From Candidatus Methanomethylicaceae archaeon (lineage in GTDB: Archaea; Thermoproteota; Methanomethylicia; Methanomethylicales; Methanomethylicaceae): a stretch of DNA of 64,000 nucleotides. The notes beneath the pieces are model-generated. The model was not told where the DNA came from, searched no databases, and saw nothing but the letters and a program-made list of their open reading frames with translations. The stretch is taken from NCBI GenBank assembly GCA_025057955.1, contig JANXER010000002.1:5391-69390 (forward strand), read 5' to 3'. Positions 47,584-58,188 of this stretch are shown here, in pieces (within the stretch, counting starts at the first letter, position 1; every line of letters starts with the position of its first letter). Made by a program: the position numbers and the translations under genes.

Positions 47584-48639
47584 TCACTCAAGTAATTGAA
47601 CAGATGAGGCTTTAAAGGCTAAGAATATTCTCTCTCCTACTTTCAAATTCATATCTTCAAGAGATTTTCTTGTTATTTGAACATAAAAATCTCTTATTGA
47701 ATTTACTTTAATTCTAACCAATGATCCCATATCTATTATTTGTACAATTCTTCCCTCTAATGAATTTCTTGCACTTGAAATTATTGGATTTAGAGATAAT
47801 ATTATATCCTCAGGAGGAATGAAAATTGTAACATATCCCTCTTTCTTGAAGGTTGCTTCTATTTGTAATCCACCTATGTCTATTATAGAAGTTCCATATG
47901 GTGAAATTCTAGATATCCCATGAAAAACATTTTCCCCTCTACTAAAAATAGGAATATTTGATTTATTAAAAATTTCATTAAAACTACCAATTCTTTCAAT
48001 TTTACCCATATTTAATACAGCAATTCTATCAGCAAGCTTCTCTACTTGAGAGATATTATGGGTGGACATTATGATTGTAGTATTTCTCTCATCATTAATT
48101 CTTAATAACACTTCCTCAATTATGGATGCATTCCTTGGATCGAGATTTGATGTAGGTTCATCCAATAATAATAAATTTGGCTCATAAACTAATGATTGAG
48201 CCAAGGCGACTCTTTGAGCCTCACCACCAGACAGCCCAAGCGCATTCTTTTCTCCTAAATTTTCTATTTTTAAAAGTTTCATAACTTCTTCCACTTTATT
48301 TCTAATAAGATTTCTATCATAGCCTCTTACTTTTAATGGATAAGCAATATTATTAAATACACTCATATTAAAGAGTATGGGCTGCTGAAAAACTAGTCCG
48401 ATTTTTCTTCTCAAATTGAGGTTATCCCTTCCATAGTCTATGATTTCATCATTGAATATAACTAAACCACTTGTTGGAGATTCAATTAATCCAATTATTC
48501 TTAGGAGGGTGGTTTTTCCAGCTCCACTCGGTCCAACTATAGCAAAAAACTCACTTTTTCCAATCTTAAAACTAACTTTATCAAGTACTAATAATCCTGA
48601 GTATTCCTTTGATAACTCCCTTACTTCAATACTTATCAA
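47584..48639 (-). CDS. Molybdate/tungstate ABC transporter ATP-binding protein (ModC/WtpC type with C-terminal TOBE domain)
   Basis: Walker A GPSGAGKTT, LSGGE, and a C-terminal TOBE-like domain. Confidence 0.8.
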   Translation of the reverse strand: MISIEVRELSKEYSGLLVLDKVSFKIGKSEFFAIVGPSGAGKTTLLRIIGLIESPTSGLVIFNDEIIDYGRDNLNLRRKIGLVFQQPILFNMSVFNNIAYPLKVRGYDRNLIRNKVEEVMKLLKIENLGEKNALGLSGGEAQRVALAQSLVYEPNLLLLDEPTSNLDPRNASIIEEVLLRINDERNTTIIMSTHNISQVEKLADRIAVLNMGKIERIGSFNEIFNKSNIPIFSRGENVFHGISRISPYGTSIIDIGGLQIEATFKKEGYVTIFIPPEDIILSLNPIISSARNSLEGRIVQIIDMGSLVRIKVNSIRDFYVQITRKSLEDMNLKVGERIFLAFKASSVQLLE

Positions 48640-48640
48640 A

Positions 48641-49312
48641 TTATCTTCTCACCCATTTAAGTTGAACTATTGTAAGGGATAGGTTTATTACAAAAGCTAT
48701 TGTTAATAAGATTGCTCCTAATGTGAGCGCCATGCTGAAGTTTCCTAATTCCGTCTCTACAATTATTGCTGTAGTTAATGTGCGAGTGAGCCATCTTATA
48801 TTTCCTCCAGTTATAATTATTCCACCAACTTCAGATATTGCTGCACCAAATGCGGTTATTATAGAAGTTAATATGCCTATTTTAGCCTCTCTTAATACTA
48901 GAAATAATGTTTGCCATTGAGTGGCTCCAAGAGAAAGCGCTCTCTCCCTTATCGTTTTTTCAATACTACTGACTGATGACATTGTAATTCCAATTATAAT
49001 TGGAATTACTTCAATTAATTGTGTTAATATCATAGCGCTTGGAGTATATAATAAATTGAGCCAACCTAATGGACCAGTAGGCGCTAATAGTAAATATACA
49101 ACTAAACCAACAATAACAGGGGGCAGCCCCATAAATGTATTTACTATGCTCTTTATCATAACATCAATAAGGCGAATCAATGTCATTTTACCTCTGAATT
49201 GTTTAAGGCCTAGAAAGGCACCTATTGGTATTCCTATTAGCGATCCTATAATAACGGAAGTTCCAGAGACCCTTAAGGATAGAAAAGTTATATTAAGAAT
49301 TTCCTCCATCAT
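48641..49312 (-). CDS. Molybdate/tungstate ABC transporter permease
   Basis: 223 aa with an EAA-loop-type permease pattern. Confidence 0.8.
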   Translation of the reverse strand: MMEEILNITFLSLRVSGTSVIIGSLIGIPIGAFLGLKQFRGKMTLIRLIDVMIKSIVNTFMGLPPVIVGLVVYLLLAPTGPLGWLNLLYTPSAMILTQLIEVIPIIIGITMSSVSSIEKTIRERALSLGATQWQTLFLVLREAKIGILTSIITAFGAAISEVGGIIITGGNIRWLTRTLTTAIIVETELGNFSMALTLGAILLTIAFVINLSLTIVQLKWVRR

Positions 49313-50202
49313 TCAGCCTCCATTTCATACCAAATTATTTCTTCCTCTTGATTTGGATAGCCCAATTTTCGAGCTAAATCTAAGTCTCTAGCAAAGGGAA
49401 TAAATAAGGATTGATTAAATTTTTTAAAGGATGCTATAAGGCTTTGCCCTTCATCTGAAATCAACCATTTGACTAACATTACTGCGCCTTTGAAATTTCT
49501 ATTTGGATAAACCTCTGGATTTACAAGAATGCAAGAGTATGGATTTATGAGATCTTTGTCCCTCTCAACAAGAACTCTCAAGTTCTTAAATTCAAATGAT
49601 AACCAAGTTGCTCTATCAGTAAGCGTATAAGCATGCTTATTATCCGCCATTCTTAGGACTGTTCCCATATCTGCTCCAGTTTCAAAATACCATGTACTAT
49701 TTGATGGATTTATTCCCAATTTCTTCCATAGTTTTAACTCTAAAATATGTGTACCTGATCTATCAGCCCTTGAGATGAAAATTGCGCCACCCTTGGAGCC
49801 CTCTAGTGCAATTCTTCTAAAGGCCTCAGTGGCATTATTAAGATCGCTTATATTTGCTGGATCATTAATTGGACCGACAATTATAAAATCATTATACATT
49901 ATTCCTATTCTATGAACTCCATAGGATGAATTCAAAAAATCGAATTCAAGTTCCTTTGAATGTACTAATATTAAATCCACAGCTCCTCTTTTTGCCATCT
50001 CCATAGCCCTTCCAGTTCCAACAGGAATGACATATACCTTAATACCATATTTTGATTCAAAATTTGATAATAAATAATCAAAAATTCCAGAATTATATAC
50101 ACTTGTTGTAGTTGCAATAAAAATTGAATTTGAACTTTTTTCAAATAAGTTAATGGAAATTATAATTAGAGCTATTAAGGTGAAAATTAAAAGCTTTTTC
50201 AT
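49309..50202 (-). CDS. Tungstate/molybdate substrate-binding protein (WtpA/ModA type)
   Basis: N-terminal TM/signal segment. PBP-like. Confidence 0.65.
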   Translation of the reverse strand: MKKLLIFTLIALIIISINLFEKSSNSIFIATTTSVYNSGIFDYLLSNFESKYGIKVYVIPVGTGRAMEMAKRGAVDLILVHSKELEFDFLNSSYGVHRIGIMYNDFIIVGPINDPANISDLNNATEAFRRIALEGSKGGAIFISRADRSGTHILELKLWKKLGINPSNSTWYFETGADMGTVLRMADNKHAYTLTDRATWLSFEFKNLRVLVERDKDLINPYSCILVNPEVYPNRNFKGAVMLVKWLISDEGQSLIASFKKFNQSLFIPFARDLDLARKLGYPNQEEEIIWYEMEAE

Positions 50203-50221
50203 GGTAAAATATTTTAAATCT

Positions 50222-51598
50222 TTATGAAATCCCTTCCTTCTTTAGAATGCCTCTACCAGCGAGTACACCAGTTGCTGCAGCAGTTACCAATCCTCTTGAT
50301 AATCCAACACCATCTCCAGCCACGAATATTCCCTCAATAGGAGTTTCAAAGTTTTCATTTATTTGAAATCTATTAGCTGAAAACTTAACCTCAGGAGCAT
50401 AGAGAAGTGTAGACGAAGAGGCCACACCGGGTATTATTTCATCTAATTTCTCCAAAGCCTCAAGTATATCGGAAACAATTCTATGAGGCATAGCCATTGC
50501 TATATCTCCAGGGGTGGCTGATCTAAGCGTTGGAACAACATGACTATGAGATATTCTGTTCCAAGTAGATCTTCTACCCATTCTCAAATCCCCCAATCTT
50601 TGTATTAATGGCTCTCCACCACCAAGTATAGTAGTTTGTTGAACCACAGACATACCATATGCAGTAGTATCTTCAGCTGGTTCTGTAAGCTCAACACGTA
50701 CAAGAAAGGCAAAATTAGTATTTTCAGAAAGTCGATCTGACATAGAATGTCCATTTACCCCCACAAATCCATCATAGACTTCCTTAACCACAAAGCCACG
50801 ATGATTAACACAAAAGGTTCTTACAAAATCATCATATGTATCAGTATATATGTGAAACTTTGGATCTCTATTAACTGCAATTATTGGATCCATTACAAAT
50901 GCTGGTACTTCAACTCTTACACCTATGTCAATTGGCTCTGGTTTCGTGGGAATATTAAGTCTTTGAGCTATCTTTTTTGCCCAATCCACGCCAACTCTAC
51001 CAGGGGCTAAAAGAATATATTTTGCTAAAACTATACTATTACCTTCAATTATTACTTGATTCTTCCTTACATCTTCTACTTTGGTTCCCAATAGAAAACT
51101 TACACCCTTCATCTCTAAATCTTTTTTAAAATTATTAATAACCATTGGTGCTCTATCAGTGCCTATATGACGTTGAGTTATTGGAATGAACTTTATTCCT
51201 ACAGATGCAGCCTTTCTCTGAAGCTCTAGAGCTTCCTCAGTATTTCCACTATAGATTTCATTTGGAGCACCATATTTTAGAAATATTGAGTCAACATAAT
51301 TAACCAATTCCCTTGCCTTATTTTCATCTTTGATAAATTCTGTTAAATTTCCACCAATATCAGGCCTTAAATTCAAAAGACCACTTGATAGAGTGCCAGC
51401 GCCACCTACACCACACATAATGCTACATACTCGACATCTAGTGCACATCTTGTAATTTTGTACTGGACATACTCTCTTATCTACATCATATCCTTGATCT
51501 ATTATTAAAACAGATAGATTGCTCTTGTTTATAATTTCATATGCTGCAAACATTCCAGCCGGTCCTGCACCAACTATAACAACATCATAATATTTCAA
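50222..51598 (-). CDS. Uncharacterised FAD-dependent dehydrogenase (COG2509-like) with Cys cluster
   Basis: VVIVGAGPAG dinucleotide motif and CPVQNYKMCTRCRVCSIMC. Confidence 0.55.
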   Translation of the reverse strand: MKYYDVVIVGAGPAGMFAAYEIINKSNLSVLIIDQGYDVDKRVCPVQNYKMCTRCRVCSIMCGVGGAGTLSSGLLNLRPDIGGNLTEFIKDENKARELVNYVDSIFLKYGAPNEIYSGNTEEALELQRKAASVGIKFIPITQRHIGTDRAPMVINNFKKDLEMKGVSFLLGTKVEDVRKNQVIIEGNSIVLAKYILLAPGRVGVDWAKKIAQRLNIPTKPEPIDIGVRVEVPAFVMDPIIAVNRDPKFHIYTDTYDDFVRTFCVNHRGFVVKEVYDGFVGVNGHSMSDRLSENTNFAFLVRVELTEPAEDTTAYGMSVVQQTTILGGGEPLIQRLGDLRMGRRSTWNRISHSHVVPTLRSATPGDIAMAMPHRIVSDILEALEKLDEIIPGVASSSTLLYAPEVKFSANRFQINENFETPIEGIFVAGDGVGLSRGLVTAAATGVLAGRGILKKEGIS

Positions 51599-51670
51599 TT
51601 ATACTACCCCACAAAAATTGAATTAATACTACAGAAGTATTTATTTTTCTTTCGCATAGATTTTAATTAA

Positions 51671-52063
51671 ATGCTTATTGAAGAAATCTTAATGTATATA
51701 GAGAAAAATGGATTGGATGAATTTATAAAAAAGAGATTAGAGGAGCATTATGGAGCAAAATATATTAAGGCAATGGAAGCTTTGGAGTCCTTTTCTGTTA
51801 AAAAATATGTGTTCTTACCTAGCAATAGAGTAGTTTGGATAGTAGTAGGAAAGAAGAGAGAATATTTTGTTATACCAAGGATTTATTGTCAATGTAATGA
51901 ATTTTATATAAATGTAGTAATAAAGAGAAAGAGCGATCTTTGCTATCATATATTAGCTCAAGCCATAGCAGAGAGAATTGGAAAATATGAAACATATAAA
52001 GTATCAGACAGTGATTTTATAAGACTTAATACTGAATGGAAAAGGGAGGAGGTAGAAGATTAA
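51671..52063 (+). CDS. SWIM-type zinc-finger protein
   Basis: 130 aa. CQCNEF...CYH (CxC...CxH). Confidence 0.45.
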   Translation: MLIEEILMYIEKNGLDEFIKKRLEEHYGAKYIKAMEALESFSVKKYVFLPSNRVVWIVVGKKREYFVIPRIYCQCNEFYINVVIKRKSDLCYHILAQAIAERIGKYETYKVSDSDFIRLNTEWKREEVED

Positions 52064-52164
52064 TGAACATTTGGGATATATTATTTTACATATCAATTGG
52101 AATGGCATATCTAATATTAGTATTAATATTTCTGGCATTCATTTTGGAGAAGAGTGAATCATAA
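52063..52164 (+). CDS. 33-aa hydrophobic micro-protein
   Basis: Hand-found ORF MNIWDILFYISIGMAYLILVLIFLAFILEKSES, below the ORF-track size cutoff. TAATG overlaps on both sides. Confidence 0.3.
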   Translation: MNIWDILFYISIGMAYLILVLIFLAFILEKSES

Positions 52165-53204
52165 TGGAAGATTTGCTATTAGCAATTAAAAAATTGGGAA
52201 TTAGTGAGGAGGAAATAGAACATCTTATAGAGGAGAAAAGAAGGAGCTTGGGATATTTAATAGATGAGGATGTAGCCCTTCGTTTAATAGCTAGAGATTT
52301 GGGAATATTAATTCATGAAGGCATATTCCTTACTGAAGTGAAGATAAAAGATCTTGTACCAAACATGCGAAGTGTGACTTTGAATGTGACTTTGGAGAAA
52401 AATTTTGGTGTGAGAGAATTTGATAGGAAAGATGGAAGTAAAGGAAAGTTTGGCAGAGGATTGGTAAAGGATGATACTGGATCAGCTTTTTTAGTACTCT
52501 GGAATGATAAAGCAGAGGTTCTACATAAGCTCAAGTCCGGAGCACAAATTGTTATAAAACAAGGATACACTAGAGAGGGAATGGATGGCTCATTGGAAAT
52601 TCATGTTGGAGAGAGAAGTGAGATAGAAATTGTAAGAGAAGGAGGAGTGAAAGGTAGAATTTTGAAAATTTATGATCCTTTGGAATATATAAGAGATGAT
52701 GGAAGTAAAGTAAGATTACTATGCTTCTTAATTAAAGGAGAGGAAGATGAAAAGAGGGCATTTCTATGGAATCCTTCAGAGGAATTCTTGAAAAAATTAA
52801 TTGAAGGAATGGAAGTTGAAATTATTGAAGGGCAAATTAGGGAGAAGGAGATTTATATCAAAAAAGAGTCTCATATTAGAGTAACTTCACAGGATATTAT
52901 ATCAATTAATAATAATGTGAAGAGATTTAATGAAATTGAGCCAAATATGAAAGATTTTGCCATAGAAGGCATTATAGAAAGTGAACCTGAATTTGGAACT
53001 GCTCAAAGCGGTAGCAAATTTGCAAAAATAATCTTAAGAGAAGGTGATGTAATTATTCCTGTAATATTTTGGAATGAAAAAGTAGAATTCATAAAAAATC
53101 TGAAAAGAGGAGATTATTTATTCATAGATGGATGCCGTTCAAGGGCTGGTCCAAATGGATTGGAAATTATTGTGAATAAATGGAGTAAGATAAGAGTTAA
53201 ATAA
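52164..53204 (+). CDS. Replication protein A (ssDNA-binding, multiple OB folds)
   Basis: 346 aa with an N-terminal helical domain and OB-fold repeats. Confidence 0.75.
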   Translation: MEDLLLAIKKLGISEEEIEHLIEEKRRSLGYLIDEDVALRLIARDLGILIHEGIFLTEVKIKDLVPNMRSVTLNVTLEKNFGVREFDRKDGSKGKFGRGLVKDDTGSAFLVLWNDKAEVLHKLKSGAQIVIKQGYTREGMDGSLEIHVGERSEIEIVREGGVKGRILKIYDPLEYIRDDGSKVRLLCFLIKGEEDEKRAFLWNPSEEFLKKLIEGMEVEIIEGQIREKEIYIKKESHIRVTSQDIISINNNVKRFNEIEPNMKDFAIEGIIESEPEFGTAQSGSKFAKIILREGDVIIPVIFWNEKVEFIKNLKRGDYLFIDGCRSRAGPNGLEIIVNKWSKIRVK

Positions 53205-53225
53205 TAAATAATAAATTCATAAAAA

Positions 53226-53492
53226 TTGGTGCTTGTTTTGGGAGGAAGAAAGAGGAAGAAAGTAGTAAAGCGAATGAAAAAGACAATTCCAAAGATTTTC
53301 GCATGTCCAAATTGTGGAGAGAAGAGCTTAAGCGTAACTATAGATAAAGAAAATAAGATTGCAGTTATAAAGTGTGGTAGATGTAGCATCTCAGATAGTG
53401 TTGAAGTTGTAAGCATTGAGGATATTGTGGATGCATATGGAAAGTTTATAGATAGATATTATGGAGGGGTTAAGATTGAGGAAAAAAGTTGA
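53226..53492 (+). CDS. Elf1-like transcription elongation factor (zinc ribbon)
   Basis: Basic N-terminus, then FACPNCGEKSLSVTIDKENKIAVIKCGRCS...DAYGKFID, which closely parallels Elf1. The probable start is the internal M at MKKTIPKIF. Confidence 0.7.
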   Translation: MVLVLGGRKRKKVVKRMKKTIPKIFACPNCGEKSLSVTIDKENKIAVIKCGRCSISDSVEVVSIEDIVDAYGKFIDRYYGGVKIEEKS

Positions 53493-54243
53493 AAATTATC
53501 TATTATCAAAAATCAAGGAAAAGGGTTGTATTCACTTATCATTATTGGATCCTGATAAAATTAAAATTGAAAGAGCAAAAGAAGTTGCAAGAACCATAGA
53601 AAGCATTGGCTCATCAGCTATAATGGTTGGAGGATCGACATGTACTGGAAAATTTTCATTTGATGATTTAATAATAGAATTAAAATCTGGATCTAATCTT
53701 CCAATTATAATATTTCCTGGGAATATTGCTAGTATTTCTAAACATGCTGATGCAATATGGTTTCTATCAGTGCTAAATTCATCCAATCCATATTATATAA
53801 CGGGGGCACAAGCATTAAGCGCCCCAATAATAAAATCATGTAATTTGGAGGCCATCCCTCTAGGCTACATAATAATTAGCCCAGGAGGAGCTGCTGGTTT
53901 TGTAAGCCAAGCAAATGTAGTTCCACCAGATAAACCTGAAATTGCAGCTATGTATGCGCTTGCAGCTCAATACATGGGAATGAGGTTTATTTATCTTGAA
54001 AGAGGTTCAGGTAGTAATGAGCCCGTCCCTGTAAAAATGGTGGAAAAAGTAAGAAGCATATTAGATGAAAGCCACTTAATAGTTGGAGGAGGGATTAAAA
54101 GTAAAGAACAAGCTAGAGAAATTGCAAGAGCTGGCGCAGAAATCATTGTAACGGGCACACTTCTGGAGAATGAAAATTATGAAGAGCGTATGAAGAATAT
54201 ATTAGAAGGTATAGAGGAAGGGGTTGATGAGAGAAGATCTTAA
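53461..54243 (+). CDS. Geranylgeranylglyceryl phosphate synthase (PcrB/GGGPS)
   Basis: 260 aa with GGGPS/PcrB pattern (LLDPDK...GGS...GGGI). Confidence 0.85.
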   Translation: MEGLRLRKKVENYLLSKIKEKGCIHLSLLDPDKIKIERAKEVARTIESIGSSAIMVGGSTCTGKFSFDDLIIELKSGSNLPIIIFPGNIASISKHADAIWFLSVLNSSNPYYITGAQALSAPIIKSCNLEAIPLGYIIISPGGAAGFVSQANVVPPDKPEIAAMYALAAQYMGMRFIYLERGSGSNEPVPVKMVEKVRSILDESHLIVGGGIKSKEQAREIARAGAEIIVTGTLLENENYEERMKNILEGIEEGVDERRS

Positions 54244-54802
54244 GAGGGAACTTCTTAGGAAATCTCTACATATTATAGGTATTTCAATCCCCATGGTCTA
54301 TTTGTTTTTTGAAAGAGATTTCACAATTCTTTATATATCATTATTAATTATTTCTTCAATATTTATAGAGCTATTGAGAATAAGAGCTCCAATTCTATTT
54401 CCAATAAATAAAGTCATAGAAGGCATCTCAAGAAAGTATGAAAAAACTGCATTAGCTTCCTATGTTTATTTTTTTATGGCAGCATTAGTAGTAACTTTTC
54501 TATTCTCAATGGAGGCAGTTATTATTGGATTAACAACAGCTCTAGTAGGAGATGCCATGGCAGCTATTCTAGGGAGAATTATTGGAAAGCATAACATAAG
54601 AAATAAGACCATAGAAGGTAATTTAACAGGAATGATTACTGTAATTGTAATTTCATTTCCCCTTACCAAAAATCTAATTATTTCTATAATGCTTGGAGTT
54701 TGTTTTTCAATATTGGATCTTATAGATTTTAGATTTGATGATAATTTTGTGCTTCCATTTGGAATGAGCTTAATGTATGAACTTCTAGAGGCGATATTAT
54801 GA
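54224..54802 (+). CDS. CTP-transferase-1 superfamily membrane protein (CDP-archaeol synthase CarS-like or polyprenol kinase-like)
   Basis: 192 aa with 5 TM segments and GDAMAAILGRIIGKH. Confidence 0.5.
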   Translation: MMREDLKRELLRKSLHIIGISIPMVYLFFERDFTILYISLLIISSIFIELLRIRAPILFPINKVIEGISRKYEKTALASYVYFFMAALVVTFLFSMEAVIIGLTTALVGDAMAAILGRIIGKHNIRNKTIEGNLTGMITVIVISFPLTKNLIISIMLGVCFSILDLIDFRFDDNFVLPFGMSLMYELLEAIL

Positions 54803-57800
54803 TTTGTGATTTTGAAACTGAAATTTACTTCAAAGAATTGAATAAACATATAGATAGAATCTATGAAATAGCCAATACTGCTAGAAGGATGGGAATAGAT
54901 CCTGAGGATTTTGTAGAAATTTATAAAGCAAAGGACTTAGCAGCCAGGGTTGAAGGGTTAATTGGTATAAAGGGAATAGCTGAAAGAATAAGAGAATTTA
55001 AAGATAAGATTTCAAGAGAGGAGATAGCATTTAAAATAATTGAGGATATAATAAATGGAAGATTTGGAAAATATGATGAAAGGAGCGCAGCAGATAAGGC
55101 AATAAGAGCAGCTCTAGCGATAATGACTGAGGGCATAACTGCTGCACCATTACAAGGAATTGAAAAAGTGGAAATTAAGAAGAATCCTGATGGAAGTAAA
55201 TACTTGGCCATATACTATGCTGGACCTATTAGATCAGCGGGGGGAACAGAACAAGCGCTTACAGTTGCCTTTGGAGATTATATAAGAATTTTATTGCATT
55301 TAGATCGCTATAAAATAACTGAGGAAGAAGTTGGAAGATTCATTGAGGAGCTTAGATTGTATGAAAGAAAAGTTGCAAGATTTCAATATCACCCATCAGA
55401 TGAGGAATTAAGAAGGATTCTTCACTATATACCCGTAGAAGTCACAGGACCTCCTACGGATAAATATCAAGTTTCAGTGTATAGAAACTTGGAGAGAATA
55501 GAGACAAATTATGTAAGAGGAGGAGCTTTAAGGGTAATAAATGATGGAATATATGGAAAAGCTGAAAAATTGAGAAAAATAACTGAGAAAATTGGACTTG
55601 ATTGGGGTTGGCTTAATATAAAACATAAGGCTGAGGAAAATTCTAGTGATAAAATTCTTCCAGATTATAAATATTTAGTAGATGTAGTAGGTGGAAGGCC
55701 AATTTTTTCCTATCCATCAGTATTTGGTGGATTCAGATTAAGATATGGTCGTGCGAGAAATACTGGACTTGCAGCTGTTGGAATTCATCCAGCTACAATG
55801 ATTATATTGGAGAGCTTCATTGCAATAGGAACTCAGTTAAGAATTGAGCGACCAGGAAAGAGTGCTACAATAACTCCTGTGGATGGTATAGAAGGTCCAA
55901 TAGTTAAACTAAAATCAGGTAGCGTTATAAGAGTGGAAGATGAAGAAACTGCGAAATCAATTGAAAAAGAAATTGAGGAAATTTTATTCTTAGGAGATAT
56001 GCTAATTGCCTTTGGTGAATTTCTAGAAAATAATCATAGATTAATGCCAGCGGGATATTGTGAAGAATTCTGGTCAGAGGAGTTAAAAAGAGCCATAAAT
56101 GAAAATTTTGAGGAAATTTCAAGAATAACTGGAATACCCATAGAAAGATTGGAGAAATTTATTAAAGAGCCCTTAGCCTTTAGACCAAATGAAGATGAGG
56201 CTTTAATAATTTCAGAAAAATTAAAAGTTCCACTTCATCCATATTATACTTACTTCTGGGAGAATATTAGTATTAAAGAAATAGAAATACTACAGGAATG
56301 GTTGAACAAGGAAAGCAGAATGGAAGAAGTATTTCTTCCAAATATTGCCCTTAAGAAAATATTGGAAAAAGCATGTATTCCACATAGATTCATAAAAGAT
56401 AAAAACATAATAATATTCGAAGATAAAAAAATAATAAAAGCGCTTTTTTCAAATAAAAAACCATCCAGTGAAACTAATGATAGTTTAAAGTTCTTATCAG
56501 AATGCTCAGGAATAAGGATGCGCCATAAAGGGAGAACATTCATAGGTGCTAGAATGGGAAGACCTGAAAAAGCAAAGGAAAGATTAATGAAGCCTCCAGT
56601 TCATGTACTATTTCCCGTTGGACTTGTAGGAGGATCACAAAGAAACATTGTTAAGGCTGCACAATATGAAGGTTTTGAAGCAAGTTTAGTTCTTAAACTA
56701 TGTCCAAATTGTAATAATATAACTTATGAAAACCTTTGTGGTTCTTGTAATTCTAGAACCATTCAAATATTTCATTGCCCAAATTGTAATTCCTATTATA
56801 ACAATCAAGAATTTTGTAGAAAGTGTAATACAAAAACTCTTCCATATAAGAGTAGACTAATTTCTATTAATAATTTCTGGAAAAGGCTTACTAAATTTGG
56901 TCTAAGTAAAAATAGCATAATAAAAGGAGTAAGAGGATTATCCAATCCAAAGAGAATACCGGAGCCATTAGAAAAGGGAATCTTAAGATGTAAACATAAA
57001 GTCTTCGTTTATAAGGATGGAACGATAAGATATGATATTACAAATGCTCCTCTAACTCACTTTAAACCACTAGAGATAGGTACAAGCATAGAAAAACTAA
57101 AGGAGCTAGGTTATAGGAGAGATTATAAGGGAGCGGAGCTCACTTCCTCAGATCAATTATTAGAGCTAAAGGTACAAGATATAATAATACCAGAGGATTG
57201 TGCTAAGTACTTATTCAGAGTGGCAAATTATGTGGATGATTTATTAAAAGATGTATATAATATGGAGCCTTATTACAATTTAAAATCCCCTGAAGATCTC
57301 ATAGGTCATTTAGTTATCGGCCTAGCACCTCATACATCTGCTGGAGTTATAGGAAGAATTATTGGTTTTACAAAGGCATCAGTTTGTTATGCTCATCCCT
57401 TTTGGCATGCAGCAAAGAGAAGAAATTGTGATGGAGATGAAGATGCAATTATGCTGGCTTTACAAGCTTTTTTAGATTTTTCAAAGCATTACTTACCAGA
57501 AAAAATAGGTGGATTAATGGATGCTCCACTTGTTCTTACAACGATAATAGATCCATCTGAGGTGGATGATGAATGCCATAATATGGAAATTGAGGAAAGG
57601 CTTCCTCTAGAATTTTATATGCTCTGTGAGAAATATAATGAGCCAAAAGAAGCATTGAAGGTAATTAAAATTGTTAAAAACAAGCTAGGAGCCCAAGATC
57701 AATATATAAACATAAACTTTTCCATACCAACGGAAAATATTGTTAAAGGACCTCTAATGACTGAATATGATAGAATAAAGACAATGATGGATAAAGTGAA

Positions 57801-58188
57801 AAAGCAATTAGAATTAGCAAAAAAAATACGCTCTGTAAATGCAAAGGATGTAGCAGAAAGATTGTTGAAACATCATTTCATACCAGATTTAGCTGGTAAT
57901 ATGAGGGCATTTTTAACTCAACAATTCAGATGTACAAAGTGTGGTACAAAGTATAGAAGAATTCCATTAAGTGGTAAATGTAGAAAATGTAATAATAACA
58001 TAGTACTAACAGTTCATGAGGGGAATATAAGTAAATATTTGGATGCAATATATATATTGGCAAGAGATTTTCAAGTAGATCCATTAATACAACAACAGAT
58101 TAAGCTTATCGAAAGAGGACTTAAGGAGTTAATTAATATCACAAATAAGGGAGATACTTCATTAGATAGATTTTTCACATCACAGTGA
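54799..58188 (+). CDS. DNA polymerase II (PolD) large subunit DP2
   Basis: 1129 aa with DP2 hallmarks including C-terminal zinc-finger Cys clusters. No intein. Confidence 0.9.
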   Translation: MICDFETEIYFKELNKHIDRIYEIANTARRMGIDPEDFVEIYKAKDLAARVEGLIGIKGIAERIREFKDKISREEIAFKIIEDIINGRFGKYDERSAADKAIRAALAIMTEGITAAPLQGIEKVEIKKNPDGSKYLAIYYAGPIRSAGGTEQALTVAFGDYIRILLHLDRYKITEEEVGRFIEELRLYERKVARFQYHPSDEELRRILHYIPVEVTGPPTDKYQVSVYRNLERIETNYVRGGALRVINDGIYGKAEKLRKITEKIGLDWGWLNIKHKAEENSSDKILPDYKYLVDVVGGRPIFSYPSVFGGFRLRYGRARNTGLAAVGIHPATMIILESFIAIGTQLRIERPGKSATITPVDGIEGPIVKLKSGSVIRVEDEETAKSIEKEIEEILFLGDMLIAFGEFLENNHRLMPAGYCEEFWSEELKRAINENFEEISRITGIPIERLEKFIKEPLAFRPNEDEALIISEKLKVPLHPYYTYFWENISIKEIEILQEWLNKESRMEEVFLPNIALKKILEKACIPHRFIKDKNIIIFEDKKIIKALFSNKKPSSETNDSLKFLSECSGIRMRHKGRTFIGARMGRPEKAKERLMKPPVHVLFPVGLVGGSQRNIVKAAQYEGFEASLVLKLCPNCNNITYENLCGSCNSRTIQIFHCPNCNSYYNNQEFCRKCNTKTLPYKSRLISINNFWKRLTKFGLSKNSIIKGVRGLSNPKRIPEPLEKGILRCKHKVFVYKDGTIRYDITNAPLTHFKPLEIGTSIEKLKELGYRRDYKGAELTSSDQLLELKVQDIIIPEDCAKYLFRVANYVDDLLKDVYNMEPYYNLKSPEDLIGHLVIGLAPHTSAGVIGRIIGFTKASVCYAHPFWHAAKRRNCDGDEDAIMLALQAFLDFSKHYLPEKIGGLMDAPLVLTTIIDPSEVDDECHNMEIEERLPLEFYMLCEKYNEPKEALKVIKIVKNKLGAQDQYININFSIPTENIVKGPLMTEYDRIKTMMDKVKKQLELAKKIRSVNAKDVAERLLKHHFIPDLAGNMRAFLTQQFRCTKCGTKYRRIPLSGKCRKCNNNIVLTVHEGNISKYLDAIYILARDFQVDPLIQQQIKLIERGLKELINITNKGDTSLDRFFTSQ

